The position numbers and the translations under genes are program-made. From the sequence record OR992645.1: DNA of 64,000 bases; one strand, 5' to 3'. This stretch comes from Escherichia phage EI-SP-GF. The notes below the pieces were generated by a model. The model ran no database searches and was not told the DNA's origin. It saw only the letters and a program-made list of their open reading frames with translations. The number at the start of each line of letters is the position of its first letter. Within the stretch, counting starts at the first letter, position 1. Shown piece by piece: positions 17,937-27,169 of this stretch.

Positions 17937-19397
17937 TTACTTAGCATACTCGATTAATTCCACAGTTTTCCCAAAGCTCGGGATATAATTTTTATTATAC
18001 CCTTCAGTGAGAACCCATAAAGTATCGTACTTTTTCCACTTGTTGTCAACAGCCTTTTGTTCAAAGTTATGCTCAAAGTAGAGGTCGGTAAGGACGATGA
18101 CATCTTTTGCATTCGGTATGTTAGCATCCAGATACTCGAACACGCAGGCGGCTGTTGTGCCCCATGTTGAGTGGACCTCATAGTTGATCATCTCATCGAT
18201 GTTACCGCGAGTGTATACTTTAACCTCTCCAACCTCGGTTGACCAACAGAACATCGTAACCTTAAACTCTTTATACAAATTGCACAACCCGGTGATCTCA
18301 TTGAACATTTTCTTTAAAGTTCTTTGCGAGATCGATCCAGAAACGTCCAAAGCCACTACAATATCTATGGTGTTTTCCGGATTACGACCAGGAACAATAA
18401 TGTGTTGATTCTTGTTTATAGCTCTAACTTTTCGCATTGTGGTGGTCAAAGACCCAGATCGGCGACCAGGTTTTCTGTAGGTTAGCTCGGCCTTTCGTTT
18501 AGACAACATACGTTGCTTAATAATATCTATATAGTTGATTACAGGCTTGCCTCTGTTTTTGACAAACTCGCGCACCGCCTCAGGGCAACGACCTCCTGAA
18601 GCTTGCATTGCTGCTTCCAACATGTCACCAGAGTCCTGCATGGCCTGATCTTTATCAGATTGACTGATTACTGGTTGCGGCTGATCATACCCCATAGCCT
18701 TTCCAAGATCATCACTAGTGCCACCGTTCCCGCTCATGTGATCATCGGTTTGTCGTTTATCTCCTTGGGAGTTCTCGCCTTTACCATTCTTACTTTTACC
18801 GCTATTCTGATCTCTTTGTTTATCAAGAACTGCATAGACGTTCTCAGCAATCCATCCATGAAACTTCATGTCGCAGTAGCAATTAGCTAAGAAGCCAAAA
18901 GGCTTACCTTTTACGAACTCAGTGCTTTTCCCCTTCGGGAAGAAAACACAAGGAGGCTTGCTAAAGTCAACCACAAGACCTGTGTTGATAACGTGATCAC
19001 AAGCAATATTGAACAGTTCCGGCTCAAAGCTTTTACCACGGACCAGATGATCACAGATAATATGCCCCACCTCATGTGACAGAAGGAAGGCCACCTCTTT
19101 CACAGATTTTGGGGAATAGAAAACCTCAGCCATCTCAAACTGCTTGTCAGTCAGAGATGCTTTAAGAATGGTTTTACGCTCATCTGCCAACCCCATAATG
19201 AACTCAGGGCTGTAGTAGATGCGTTTATGGTCTGTTGCCATAGTGGAGCACCATGTGTGGTTTTCTACGAACTGCAACCCTGACAACAGTGTGCCATAAA
19301 ACGGCAGCTTTTCAAGAAGGTACATGCGAGCGGCCTGCAGCATTCGCAAGGCATCATCTTTTTGTGCGGTAATGATTTCTGAACTTCTGCTATCCAT
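17937..19397 (-). CDS. vWA-domain protein with N-terminal HExxH metallopeptidase-like domain
   Basis: HEVGH zinc-binding motif in the N-terminal half; C-terminal MIDAS-like VVALDVSGSIS; start taken at ATG (MDSRSS) with GGAG RBS. Confidence 0.6.
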   Translation of the reverse strand: MDSRSSEIITAQKDDALRMLQAARMYLLEKLPFYGTLLSGLQFVENHTWCSTMATDHKRIYYSPEFIMGLADERKTILKASLTDKQFEMAEVFYSPKSVKEVAFLLSHEVGHIICDHLVRGKSFEPELFNIACDHVINTGLVVDFSKPPCVFFPKGKSTEFVKGKPFGFLANCYCDMKFHGWIAENVYAVLDKQRDQNSGKSKNGKGENSQGDKRQTDDHMSGNGGTSDDLGKAMGYDQPQPVISQSDKDQAMQDSGDMLEAAMQASGGRCPEAVREFVKNRGKPVINYIDIIKQRMLSKRKAELTYRKPGRRSGSLTTTMRKVRAINKNQHIIVPGRNPENTIDIVVALDVSGSISQRTLKKMFNEITGLCNLYKEFKVTMFCWSTEVGEVKVYTRGNIDEMINYEVHSTWGTTAACVFEYLDANIPNAKDVIVLTDLYFEHNFEQKAVDNKWKKYDTLWVLTEGYNKNYIPSFGKTVELIEYAK

Positions 19398-19430
19398 TAA
19401 AACTCCAGAAGGGGCCATTGGCCCCTGTCA

Positions 19431-20420
19431 TTATTTAACGTGCTTGAAAATACCAGCCAACTCGGTCATTGTCATGCGAGTGGTCTTCATAAGGTCTGTC
19501 ATAGCCTTCTCCATGATTGGAGATACTACCATGAAGTTACCTTTGGTGAAACCTTTGTTCCAGTCGGTAACTAATAGGGGTTTAAGTCCGGCACCGAGAC
19601 GTTCACCAGTTAAAGCACAACATTTTCGAATGTATGTGCTCTTAAACTGGCTGAATGACAGATCAACTTTCATACCTGCATCGTAGAACGTCTGGCAATA
19701 GAAAGTGTAAGCTTTGGCAATCTCAACATCGTCAGGCAGTGCAGGAACCTCTTCTGTAAGCTCTTCTTCGACCCCTTGAGGCTCTTTTTCCTCTTCGTAA
19801 GCCTGTTGCGTCATCTCTTCAATCTCCTCTACTACAGGCTCGTTTACAATGTCAGAAATGTGCTTGTTGGCTCCACGATTAGCCATGAAGTTTTTAAAAT
19901 CCTGCATTGGTGACATATCTTCCTCCCATTCTTCGTCAAAGAGTGCTAGTTTATCCTCTTCCGTTCCATATTGCAAGATGAAATCTTCAAAAGTGTAATC
20001 ACCTTTCAATTTCTCCATACGCTCTTCGCTCAGGTGGAGCATCATCTGCTGGACAATTTTTCGATCAGTTTTATCTTTAATCAGGACTGCGGTCTTTTTA
20101 TCTACCAGACAATCCTTTAGAGAGTTGCATCTCAATCCCACCACACAACAGTTATCAACCGCATAAGGACCTTCATCATCTATCCGCTCTAGAGATGGGT
20201 AGAAAGGATTTCCCAGTCCGTTTTCATCTGTGTGCATGTCGAAAGGTATAAGGGTATAGTCGCATACCCCCTCTCCTAAAAGTTTTTTACCAAATAGGAG
20301 ATATTCTTCCCATGACAGGTTGAACTCTATATCTCGTTTCCGTGCATTATTCTGTTTGCGTCTGTATTTTTTGAGCAAGCGCTCTAACTCTTCTGGTGTA
20401 TAATATTTTTCAAGATTCAT
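19431..20420 (-). CDS. hypothetical acidic protein
   Basis: Start taken at ATG (MNLEKYY); the frame opens at a TTG at 20486; Glu-rich central region. Confidence 0.45.
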   Translation of the reverse strand: MNLEKYYTPEELERLLKKYRRKQNNARKRDIEFNLSWEEYLLFGKKLLGEGVCDYTLIPFDMHTDENGLGNPFYPSLERIDDEGPYAVDNCCVVGLRCNSLKDCLVDKKTAVLIKDKTDRKIVQQMMLHLSEERMEKLKGDYTFEDFILQYGTEEDKLALFDEEWEEDMSPMQDFKNFMANRGANKHISDIVNEPVVEEIEEMTQQAYEEEKEPQGVEEELTEEVPALPDDVEIAKAYTFYCQTFYDAGMKVDLSFSQFKSTYIRKCCALTGERLGAGLKPLLVTDWNKGFTKGNFMVVSPIMEKAMTDLMKTTRMTMTELAGIFKHVK

Positions 20421-20493
20421 GAGTTGTCTCTTGTTCTCTGTGGGTGGAGAAATCTTACCAAGCGCCTGGGGAGATGTCAACCTCAAAAACGTG

Positions 20494-20522
20494 TTGACTT
20501 TACTCTAAATCTCCGATATAGT
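20494..20522 (+). promoter_or_regulatory. sigma70-like promoter for the rightward transcription unit
   Basis: TTGACT-17 nt-TATAGT in the divergent intergenic region; overlapping TCAAC/GTTGA inverted repeat. Confidence 0.45.
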
Positions 20523-20562
20523 GCACCCATTCGAAAGAAAACTAACATAGGAGCACTTATTC

Positions 20563-21462
20563 ATGGCAAATCTTAACAGTTTTAGCACCAGGTGGCAACA
20601 GGATATAACAACCAATCTTTCAGCTGGAGATATCCTTTCTGCAATTTACGAGGCTTTGGATGATAAAGCTACTTCAAGATCGGTTTGTACTAATCCGCTA
20701 ATTCCTATGGTGATGAAGGTAATTGAGCGGAGGTTGGTATCTGGGTCCGATAAGTGGACATACCTTGATAATGGAGGGCATACTTACTCCAACGGATATG
20801 TTGATATAAAAGTGGAATACGCAGTATCATACCGCCGGAGCGGTTCTGTAACTTTCAACTTCTCTGGAGGTTTCCGATCTCTGGCAACTTCACCTTTTGT
20901 TTCCTCAGAGGAGAAGTATGAGCTGCCATTTCTTTGGATGATGGCTAACGCGACAGGAAAAACCCCCGTTAGCATCCGAGTAAAATACAACTACAACGGA
21001 TCTAGTAAGATCTATGCCGAGAGTGTCTCAGCAAGTTTTTATTTTGTGATGGGGGATGGAATCCTCAAACATATAAAGATGTGCGATATGCATGATGTTA
21101 TAAATGAAGTGACTGATAAGAATGTCCTAGTGAAAGACCTCAATAATTTTTATACACCTGGAGACTATTACGTCAACCGCCCACTGTGCATCTTTAATGC
21201 CGCACACCCTTTAGGTGAGTATTTGATCGCCAATAGCGATATTGCCAATAATCGCTTCGAGGTAGCAAGAGTACAGAATGAGGTGTTGACATCTTGCAAG
21301 AGCGGTGATAAGTTTACCGAAGAAGAGATGGGTGTTTTAGAGATGATGGGATATAAGTGTAGCCTTTGGGTAGATGAGGTGTTTAATGACGGCATCTATG
21401 GACAGGATATTTACCCACTAAAGAAGTATACTGATTCCAGTTTAATTTACGCGGAGATTTGA
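20563..21462 (+). CDS. hypothetical protein (299 aa)
   Basis: ATG with AGGAG RBS; first gene of the rightward unit. Confidence 0.45.
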   Translation: MANLNSFSTRWQQDITTNLSAGDILSAIYEALDDKATSRSVCTNPLIPMVMKVIERRLVSGSDKWTYLDNGGHTYSNGYVDIKVEYAVSYRRSGSVTFNFSGGFRSLATSPFVSSEEKYELPFLWMMANATGKTPVSIRVKYNYNGSSKIYAESVSASFYFVMGDGILKHIKMCDMHDVINEVTDKNVLVKDLNNFYTPGDYYVNRPLCIFNAAHPLGEYLIANSDIANNRFEVARVQNEVLTSCKSGDKFTEEEMGVLEMMGYKCSLWVDEVFNDGIYGQDIYPLKKYTDSSLIYAEI

Positions 21463-21737
21463 CTATGATGAAGTCATGTGGTAGTGTATATTATGTTGGT
21501 GAGAATGTTCAGGCAGATAGTGTGTGGAAATCCATTAAGTCCACCACCGATGATGCCTTCTTGAGCGGGTTATGTTTCCCCAATCCTGGGGACATTCTCC
21601 CTCACCCTGGGGATTTTGTTGTCAACAAGACAGACGGTTATACCGTGTGCCTGATGGTTGAAAAAATCTTTTTAGACACTAGACACAATCACCGTCTTGT
21701 GCTAAAATTTCAAGAATGTAAAATGACAGTTGCCTAA
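21459..21737 (+). CDS. hypothetical protein
   Basis: 92-aa ORF, ATGA overlap with the upstream gene. Confidence 0.35.
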   Translation: MTMMKSCGSVYYVGENVQADSVWKSIKSTTDDAFLSGLCFPNPGDILPHPGDFVVNKTDGYTVCLMVEKIFLDTRHNHRLVLKFQECKMTVA

Positions 21738-21749
21738 GGAGGCCTATCA

Positions 21750-22106
21750 ATGTCTAAAGTTACTTATCGTGCAGCTATTTACTGCAATGAGCAACCAATC
21801 AATAGTGATGGTCACTGCTTTTTTAAAGAAAATCAGTTGGGCTGTATTGCCCTCCCTGATGAAGGGGAAGGTTATATGATTGCATTGACAGGGTTTGAGC
21901 CTGAAGCCTTGGAAGCCAATCTGGACTACCTAGTAGAGAAGGGTGCTGCAGACTTGGTTGCCAATGGCCTCTCCATAAGCCTTGAAGAAGTGGAGCGCTT
22001 CATGGGCAATTACCGTGTAGTGCGTGAGTTCACTATCGAGGTGGAAACTCCAGAGTGGGGTAGCACTGAAACTAATGCTGAAGAAAAAGAAGAGGGGGTA
22101 GAATAA
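21750..22106 (+). CDS. hypothetical acidic protein
   Basis: 118 aa, RBS AAGGAGG, Glu-rich C-terminus. Confidence 0.4.
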   Translation: MSKVTYRAAIYCNEQPINSDGHCFFKENQLGCIALPDEGEGYMIALTGFEPEALEANLDYLVEKGAADLVANGLSISLEEVERFMGNYRVVREFTIEVETPEWGSTETNAEEKEEGVE

Positions 22107-22363
22107 TGAAAGTGCAGATCTTGACTAATGCCGAGAAGATGTTTATCGAAGATACGCCTTTTGAAACTGGTGAGCTACAGTTTGTATATTTTGTTGACTT
22201 AGATAAGGTTTTTCCTGCGCTGAATCTGGGTTTGGAGAAAGTACCTTATAAAACTCTATGCCAGGTTGTCCGTGCCTTAGCAGCAGATGGAGAGTTCCAC
22301 ACCCTTGAAGATATCCAGACCTATGGGTATCTTGAACTGCAACGAGAAGAAGAGGTAGACTGA
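22106..22363 (+). CDS. hypothetical protein
   Basis: 85-aa ORF coupled (TAATG) to the upstream gene. Confidence 0.4.
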   Translation: MKVQILTNAEKMFIEDTPFETGELQFVYFVDLDKVFPALNLGLEKVPYKTLCQVVRALAADGEFHTLEDIQTYGYLELQREEEVD

Positions 22364-22365
22364 TA

Positions 22366-22746
22366 ATGGCCCAGTGGAAGACAACAGTTGACCTTCATGA
22401 TCAGTGGTTAGGACGCATAACTGAAGACGGGAAACTGGTAGAGTGGGACAACAAGCATGTTAGCGAGTTGGCAAGTATTGTGGCTGGCAAGTTACGCTCC
22501 AAGTTCCCTGAACAACTGGATCCTGATAATTCAAAGTTCGATCCTGAGTTGGAGGATGTTGTATACTACTTCGATACCGTGGATGACTACGATGCGTGGC
22601 TTGCAGCACGGAATCTTTACCCGCAAGGCTCTGCTATGCGCCAGATGGAAGAAGATTATCCTCCGTGTGAGCAATTCAATAGCGCAATGACTTGCCTCTA
22701 TGATTGGGCAGATAAGAACCTTGTCTGGATTCGAACTGCATTCTAG
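22366..22746 (+). CDS. hypothetical protein
   Basis: 126-aa ORF, ATG start. Confidence 0.4.
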   Translation: MAQWKTTVDLHDQWLGRITEDGKLVEWDNKHVSELASIVAGKLRSKFPEQLDPDNSKFDPELEDVVYYFDTVDDYDAWLAARNLYPQGSAMRQMEEDYPPCEQFNSAMTCLYDWADKNLVWIRTAF

Positions 22747-22749
22747 TAG

Positions 22750-23055
22750 GTGGTGGCAGGGATGCCGCTTAGAAGAGTAATAAACATGTTATACCAGAAA
22801 CACGAACTTTGTGCAGAAAAAGAGTTAAATTTTGACAAAGTTATCCACAGATATTGTTACGGGAAAACCGGAAGATACCTAAAAAGGTGGACTCCAGCAT
22901 TCTTTCACCCCAGCAGGAGACTAAGCCCTGAAGAAGCAACAGCAGAAAGGGTTGCATACAACTGGGAAGTTGTGTACGATATTGACAGATCCGATGTGAC
23001 ATCTGTTTTGGAAAACTTTGAAAACACTTACACACAAGTAGAGGACTTTTACTAA
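22750..23055 (+). CDS. hypothetical protein
   Basis: 101-aa ORF; start codon uncertain. Confidence 0.35.
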   Translation: MVAGMPLRRVINMLYQKHELCAEKELNFDKVIHRYCYGKTGRYLKRWTPAFFHPSRRLSPEEATAERVAYNWEVVYDIDRSDVTSVLENFENTYTQVEDFY

Positions 23056-24239
23056 TGTCAAGAAACGTATTTGAAAGTGGTCAAATCACTGTCCGTGAGT
23101 TGCCAGCTATTATTCAGTTTGCCCAGCGTCATAACCGATCTGTCCTGATTTTAGGACCAATGGGCGTGGGTAAGAGCCAGGTGATGAAGCAGATTGCCGA
23201 TAATATGTTCGGTGAGCGAGATGACAACCTGGTTGACGTGCGACTGTCAGATAAAGATCCTGCCGACTTATCTGGGCTACCTATCCCTGTAGAAGCGGAT
23301 GGAACTACACGTACAGTGTTTGCAATTCCAGAATTTTGGCCTTCGGATCCGGACTGGAGCGGAATTATCTTTCTGGATGAGCTTACTCATGCAGATAATT
23401 ACCTGCAAAAGGTTGCAATGCAGATTATGCTCGACCACAAGTGCGGCACCTATGCATTCCCTAAAGGCTCTGTTTTTGTGGCTGCGGGTAACCGTTCTAC
23501 AGATGGTGCGGTTCTTTCGGCGCTCGAAGCTCCTCTGGCTAACCGCTTTATCATTGTAGAGGTTACAAGCAATGCAGAGGTGTTTATTGAGGACTACGCA
23601 TTCCTTAATGGGGTGCATTCCTCTGTAATTGGATATCTGAAAAGAGTTCCATCAGCTATCGATAATTATGAGGCTATGGCTGAGATTAATTGTCCATCTT
23701 TTGCCACACCGCGATCTTGGGTTGCTGCATCTGATATCTTGCACGATTTTGACAGCGGTATTATTTCTGACGCTATGGCCCGTGTTCTTCTGCAAGGTGC
23801 TATTGGTCACACTGCAGCGGTAGAGATCTGGACCTACCACACCAAGAAACGCAACTTACCGGAAATCGGTCGGATTATGGCAGGTGGTTGCAAAGAATAC
23901 GTAGGTCCTAAGCAGCCAGACATCTTGTGGATTCTTGGATCTGAAGGTTGTATCGCTATTCGTAATATGATGGAAAATGCAAGTATCTCTGACGAAGATC
24001 TTGTCAGCTGCGTGGCAAACTTCCTCGATTTCCTTTGGGAAAACTTCAAGGACGAGAACCGAGATTTTGTATTCTCAGTCTTTATGGCGATGATGAAACC
24101 TAACGCCTTAGGAAATGCCTTGCTTATCGGTAAAGGGCGTGACAAGATCGTTGCTCAACTGATCAAAGCGTACCCAAACCTGATGAAGATTGTAAAAGAG
24201 TTTGGTGAAGAGTTTAGCGCCATTTTAGCTAAAGCTTGA
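23055..24239 (+). CDS. MoxR-like AAA+ ATPase
   Basis: Walker A LILGPMGVGKS, Walker B IIFLDELTHAD, downstream AAGNRS segment; about 390 aa as in MoxR/CbbQ-type ATPases. Confidence 0.6.
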   Translation: MSRNVFESGQITVRELPAIIQFAQRHNRSVLILGPMGVGKSQVMKQIADNMFGERDDNLVDVRLSDKDPADLSGLPIPVEADGTTRTVFAIPEFWPSDPDWSGIIFLDELTHADNYLQKVAMQIMLDHKCGTYAFPKGSVFVAAGNRSTDGAVLSALEAPLANRFIIVEVTSNAEVFIEDYAFLNGVHSSVIGYLKRVPSAIDNYEAMAEINCPSFATPRSWVAASDILHDFDSGIISDAMARVLLQGAIGHTAAVEIWTYHTKKRNLPEIGRIMAGGCKEYVGPKQPDILWILGSEGCIAIRNMMENASISDEDLVSCVANFLDFLWENFKDENRDFVFSVFMAMMKPNALGNALLIGKGRDKIVAQLIKAYPNLMKIVKEFGEEFSAILAKA

Positions 24240-24248
24240 GGAGGTTGT

Positions 24249-24629
24249 ATGGCTAAAGTAGGTAAGCGGGGAAACTACTTGGTGGTATTGACCGAGGAGC
24301 CGGAGAAGGAGTACGAATGCAGCTCCACTTGTGTGATCGATATCCGAGAAAAAGATGTGGATGAAATCTGGTTTAAAATACTGGACGCTTGCGACAGCAG
24401 TGACTATTTCTTCATCTATGTCAACGATAAAGCTGGGTTCTTCCATGACGATGGGGAATTACCGTATGAAATTTATGAACTTGTAGAGGCTTGCCATCGT
24501 GGAGATGCGGAGTTGTTTGGTCTACGGCTGAAAAGCGGTAAATTCTTCTATCAAGATGAATGCATGAATCTTCACAACTTCGTAGAGGGGACTTGCAACG
24601 ATGGAGAGATTTTGGCACACTACGATTAA
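24249..24629 (+). CDS. hypothetical protein
   Basis: 126-aa ORF with GAGGAGG RBS; followed by a hairpin terminator. Confidence 0.4.
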   Translation: MAKVGKRGNYLVVLTEEPEKEYECSSTCVIDIREKDVDEIWFKILDACDSSDYFFIYVNDKAGFFHDDGELPYEIYELVEACHRGDAELFGLRLKSGKFFYQDECMNLHNFVEGTCNDGEILAHYD

Positions 24630-24643
24630 TTTCTAAGACACAC

Positions 24644-24670
24644 CCCCGCTTCGGCGGGGATTTTCTATTT
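24644..24670 (+). terminator. Rho-independent terminator
   Basis: CCCCGC-TTCG-GCGGGG followed by ATTTTCTATTT. Confidence 0.5.
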
Positions 24671-24679
24671 GGAGCTATT

Positions 24680-25180
24680 GTGAAAATTAAAATCTTTGCT
24701 ATTATTTTGAGCGCATTTTTATCGCTGCCTGTTGTTGCAGCACCAAAACAAAAAGTATATCACACTTGCAAGCCGTCGGATACTAAGGAAAACATTCTAG
24801 CATGCAATATCTACAGGGAGGCTAGAGGGGATGGCACGATGGGTATGCTGGCATCCGGATTTGCCACACTAAACAGGAAATCCCACCCCAAATACCCAGA
24901 CACTATAAGAAAGATTGTCTACCAACCTAACCAGTTTTCGTGGACAAACCACGGCAAAACTTTTAAGGTGACAGAAAAAGATTCATGGGATCACGCTAAA
25001 AGTCTTGCAAAGATGCTTCTAAAGGTCTATAATAACAACCATGTTGCATACATGGCTATGGATATAACAGGTGGAGCAACACACTACCATACAACAAAAG
25101 TACGACCGAAATGGGCAAAAAAGATGCAGAGGACAGCTCAATTCGGGAGTCATATCTACTACAAGGAGCGCAATAAATGA
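24680..25180 (+). CDS. secreted SleB/CwlJ-like cell-wall hydrolase
   Basis: GTG start with GGAG RBS; N-terminal signal-peptide-like KIKIFAIILSAFLSLPVVAAP; motif CNIYREARGDG...ATLNRK...QPNQFSW resembles the SleB hydrolase family. Confidence 0.55.
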   Translation: MKIKIFAIILSAFLSLPVVAAPKQKVYHTCKPSDTKENILACNIYREARGDGTMGMLASGFATLNRKSHPKYPDTIRKIVYQPNQFSWTNHGKTFKVTEKDSWDHAKSLAKMLLKVYNNNHVAYMAMDITGGATHYHTTKVRPKWAKKMQRTAQFGSHIYYKERNK

Positions 25181-27159
25181 TTGTAAACAGCAATGAAACT
25201 AAAGCGGTGCTAACTGGGAATATGGAGGTAACCCGGGGATCAATTTCTCTGAACAAAGAGACTTTTGGGCTAATCATCAAAGGGATTTATGAAGATAAGG
25301 TACTGGCAAGCTGCCGTGAACCGATCTTCAATGCTGTGGACTCCCATGTTGAGTCTGGACGGGGTGATGTTCCGATCATCATTCACTCTCCTACAGACCT
25401 TGAACCATACTTCTTTGTGCAGGACGTTGGATTAGGCATGTCAGAAGAGATGGTCCGCAACACCTTCATGAACCTCGGAGAGTCAACCAAGCGCAACAGC
25501 AACGCTCTGGTAGGCAATAAAGGTGTTGGTTCAAAGGCCCCGTTCAGTATGGTGGACACTTTCGATGTAATCAGTGTGCACAACGGTGTGGAAAGCACAT
25601 ACCTATTGTTCTTAGACCAGGGTATCCCAAATGTCACCAAGATCCGTGAGCGGAAGACTGAAGAGCACAATGGGGTAAAAGTTCAGTTTCATGTTAAGAA
25701 AGAGCATGTTCTGAAATATCGTACCGCTATTGCATCATGCCTGCGCTATGCAAAATTTCCGTTCACTGTCACCGATCCGATGACGAGCAAGATGCTGGAG
25801 GGGGACAAAGTAGAGGCGCAGTATCGCTACGAGAAAGATGGTTGGAAAATGACTATCCTGAAAGGTTATACCAGCTCTGATGAGAGCCGTGTTGTGATGG
25901 GTCACCAACCTTACCGCTCTAAGTTCCTGGAGACATTGACCGATTACCCTGCAATCTGCGTGGAAATTCCTATTGGGGATTGCAATATTAACCCTGGGCG
26001 TGAATGGACCATAGAGGGCCATGACGACGGTGGATTCCAGGATCGCCTGGAGGCCTTTGTCAAAGAAGGTATACGTCTTCGCGGGGCAGAAGTTGTTGCA
26101 GAACTGGAGACGGCAAAAACCTCCGCAGAAGCACGTGAAATGATGAAGAATAGTGGGGTGTTCGGACACATCTTCGGTAAAAACTTTATGTGGAACCGTT
26201 GGGAAGAAACAGGACTTGGAGACTTAGGCGATTGTGAAATTTTCGCTGGCGGCTTAAATAAAGGCCGCATAGGCTATGCTCGTTATGGAAAGTCAGAGTT
26301 CTTACGGGGAGTCTATTTAGTATTTAACGACGGAGACGGCAAATATAACCGAAATAAGTGTAACTACTTAAGCGAGATCACCGGACGCAACGTTTTCTAT
26401 TGCCGTAACACGGATCTGGTGGAAGAGTTTAAAGAAGCGGCACACCACCCGTTCTTTGCAGATACGGTCAAATTGTTATCAGAGCTCCCTCGCCGACCTG
26501 TCAAGAAAGGTGAAACAAAAACTCGTTATGAGCCAGGCTATTGGGTTAAAAAACTTGAGAAGGATGGTTACTTCCGCCGTGAACGTATTACTAAGGCAGA
26601 GTTCCGGAAGATTAAACACTGCATCCCTTATGAGGGTGATATCCAACGTGGAAGTTGTTGGCTGGGGCAGATGAGTAACATCTACCAGCAAGATTATGAC
26701 CGTGTACGTGCGGCACTTCAGATTCCTGAAGGTGAAGATCTGTATCTGGTATCTGAATCTCGTCTGCTTTGGACTGATCCTGATTGCCAGTATGTTACAG
26801 AGAAGAATGTGGAGCACCTGTTGAAAGAGGATGCTTGGAAATTCTTACTGACCCGTGCAGCAAATGAGACTTCTTATGACAGCCTGTATAGACAATTAGG
26901 GAAAATTATTCCCATGCAAGATTTTGGAAATTATCGGCCACATTTCCACAAGTGGGAAGGTAACACCACGTGGAAGCACAGTGAGCTAAATCATCGTGCC
27001 AAAATCTTAATCGCCAACCGAGTTAAATGCGGGAAGGCCTATATTGCAAGATTGGAAAAGAAATACCCACTTTTGAAGCATGTAGGCTTGAAATATTGGG
27101 ACACCCCTGCTATGATTGAATACCGTGAGCTGATTGATACAAAGAATAACACCAAATAA
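25177..27159 (+). CDS. rIIA: rIIA-like protein with GHKL-type ATPase domain
   Basis: N-box-like EPIFNAVDSH, G1-like QDVGLGMS, G2-like GNKGVGSKAPFSM; as far as I recall these match the T4 rIIA N-terminal ATPase motifs; followed by a co-oriented partner gene. Confidence 0.6.
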   Translation: MIVNSNETKAVLTGNMEVTRGSISLNKETFGLIIKGIYEDKVLASCREPIFNAVDSHVESGRGDVPIIIHSPTDLEPYFFVQDVGLGMSEEMVRNTFMNLGESTKRNSNALVGNKGVGSKAPFSMVDTFDVISVHNGVESTYLLFLDQGIPNVTKIRERKTEEHNGVKVQFHVKKEHVLKYRTAIASCLRYAKFPFTVTDPMTSKMLEGDKVEAQYRYEKDGWKMTILKGYTSSDESRVVMGHQPYRSKFLETLTDYPAICVEIPIGDCNINPGREWTIEGHDDGGFQDRLEAFVKEGIRLRGAEVVAELETAKTSAEAREMMKNSGVFGHIFGKNFMWNRWEETGLGDLGDCEIFAGGLNKGRIGYARYGKSEFLRGVYLVFNDGDGKYNRNKCNYLSEITGRNVFYCRNTDLVEEFKEAAHHPFFADTVKLLSELPRRPVKKGETKTRYEPGYWVKKLEKDGYFRRERITKAEFRKIKHCIPYEGDIQRGSCWLGQMSNIYQQDYDRVRAALQIPEGEDLYLVSESRLLWTDPDCQYVTEKNVEHLLKEDAWKFLLTRAANETSYDSLYRQLGKIIPMQDFGNYRPHFHKWEGNTTWKHSELNHRAKILIANRVKCGKAYIARLEKKYPLLKHVGLKYWDTPAMIEYRELIDTKNNTK

Positions 27160-27169
27160 GGAGACAGTT

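Noticed and set aside
13692-20560. Lysogeny module (integrase/repressor) in the minus-strand block
   Set aside because: No tyrosine or serine recombinase motifs and no helix-turn-helix repressor-like ORF recognised; gene content points to a virulent lifestyle.
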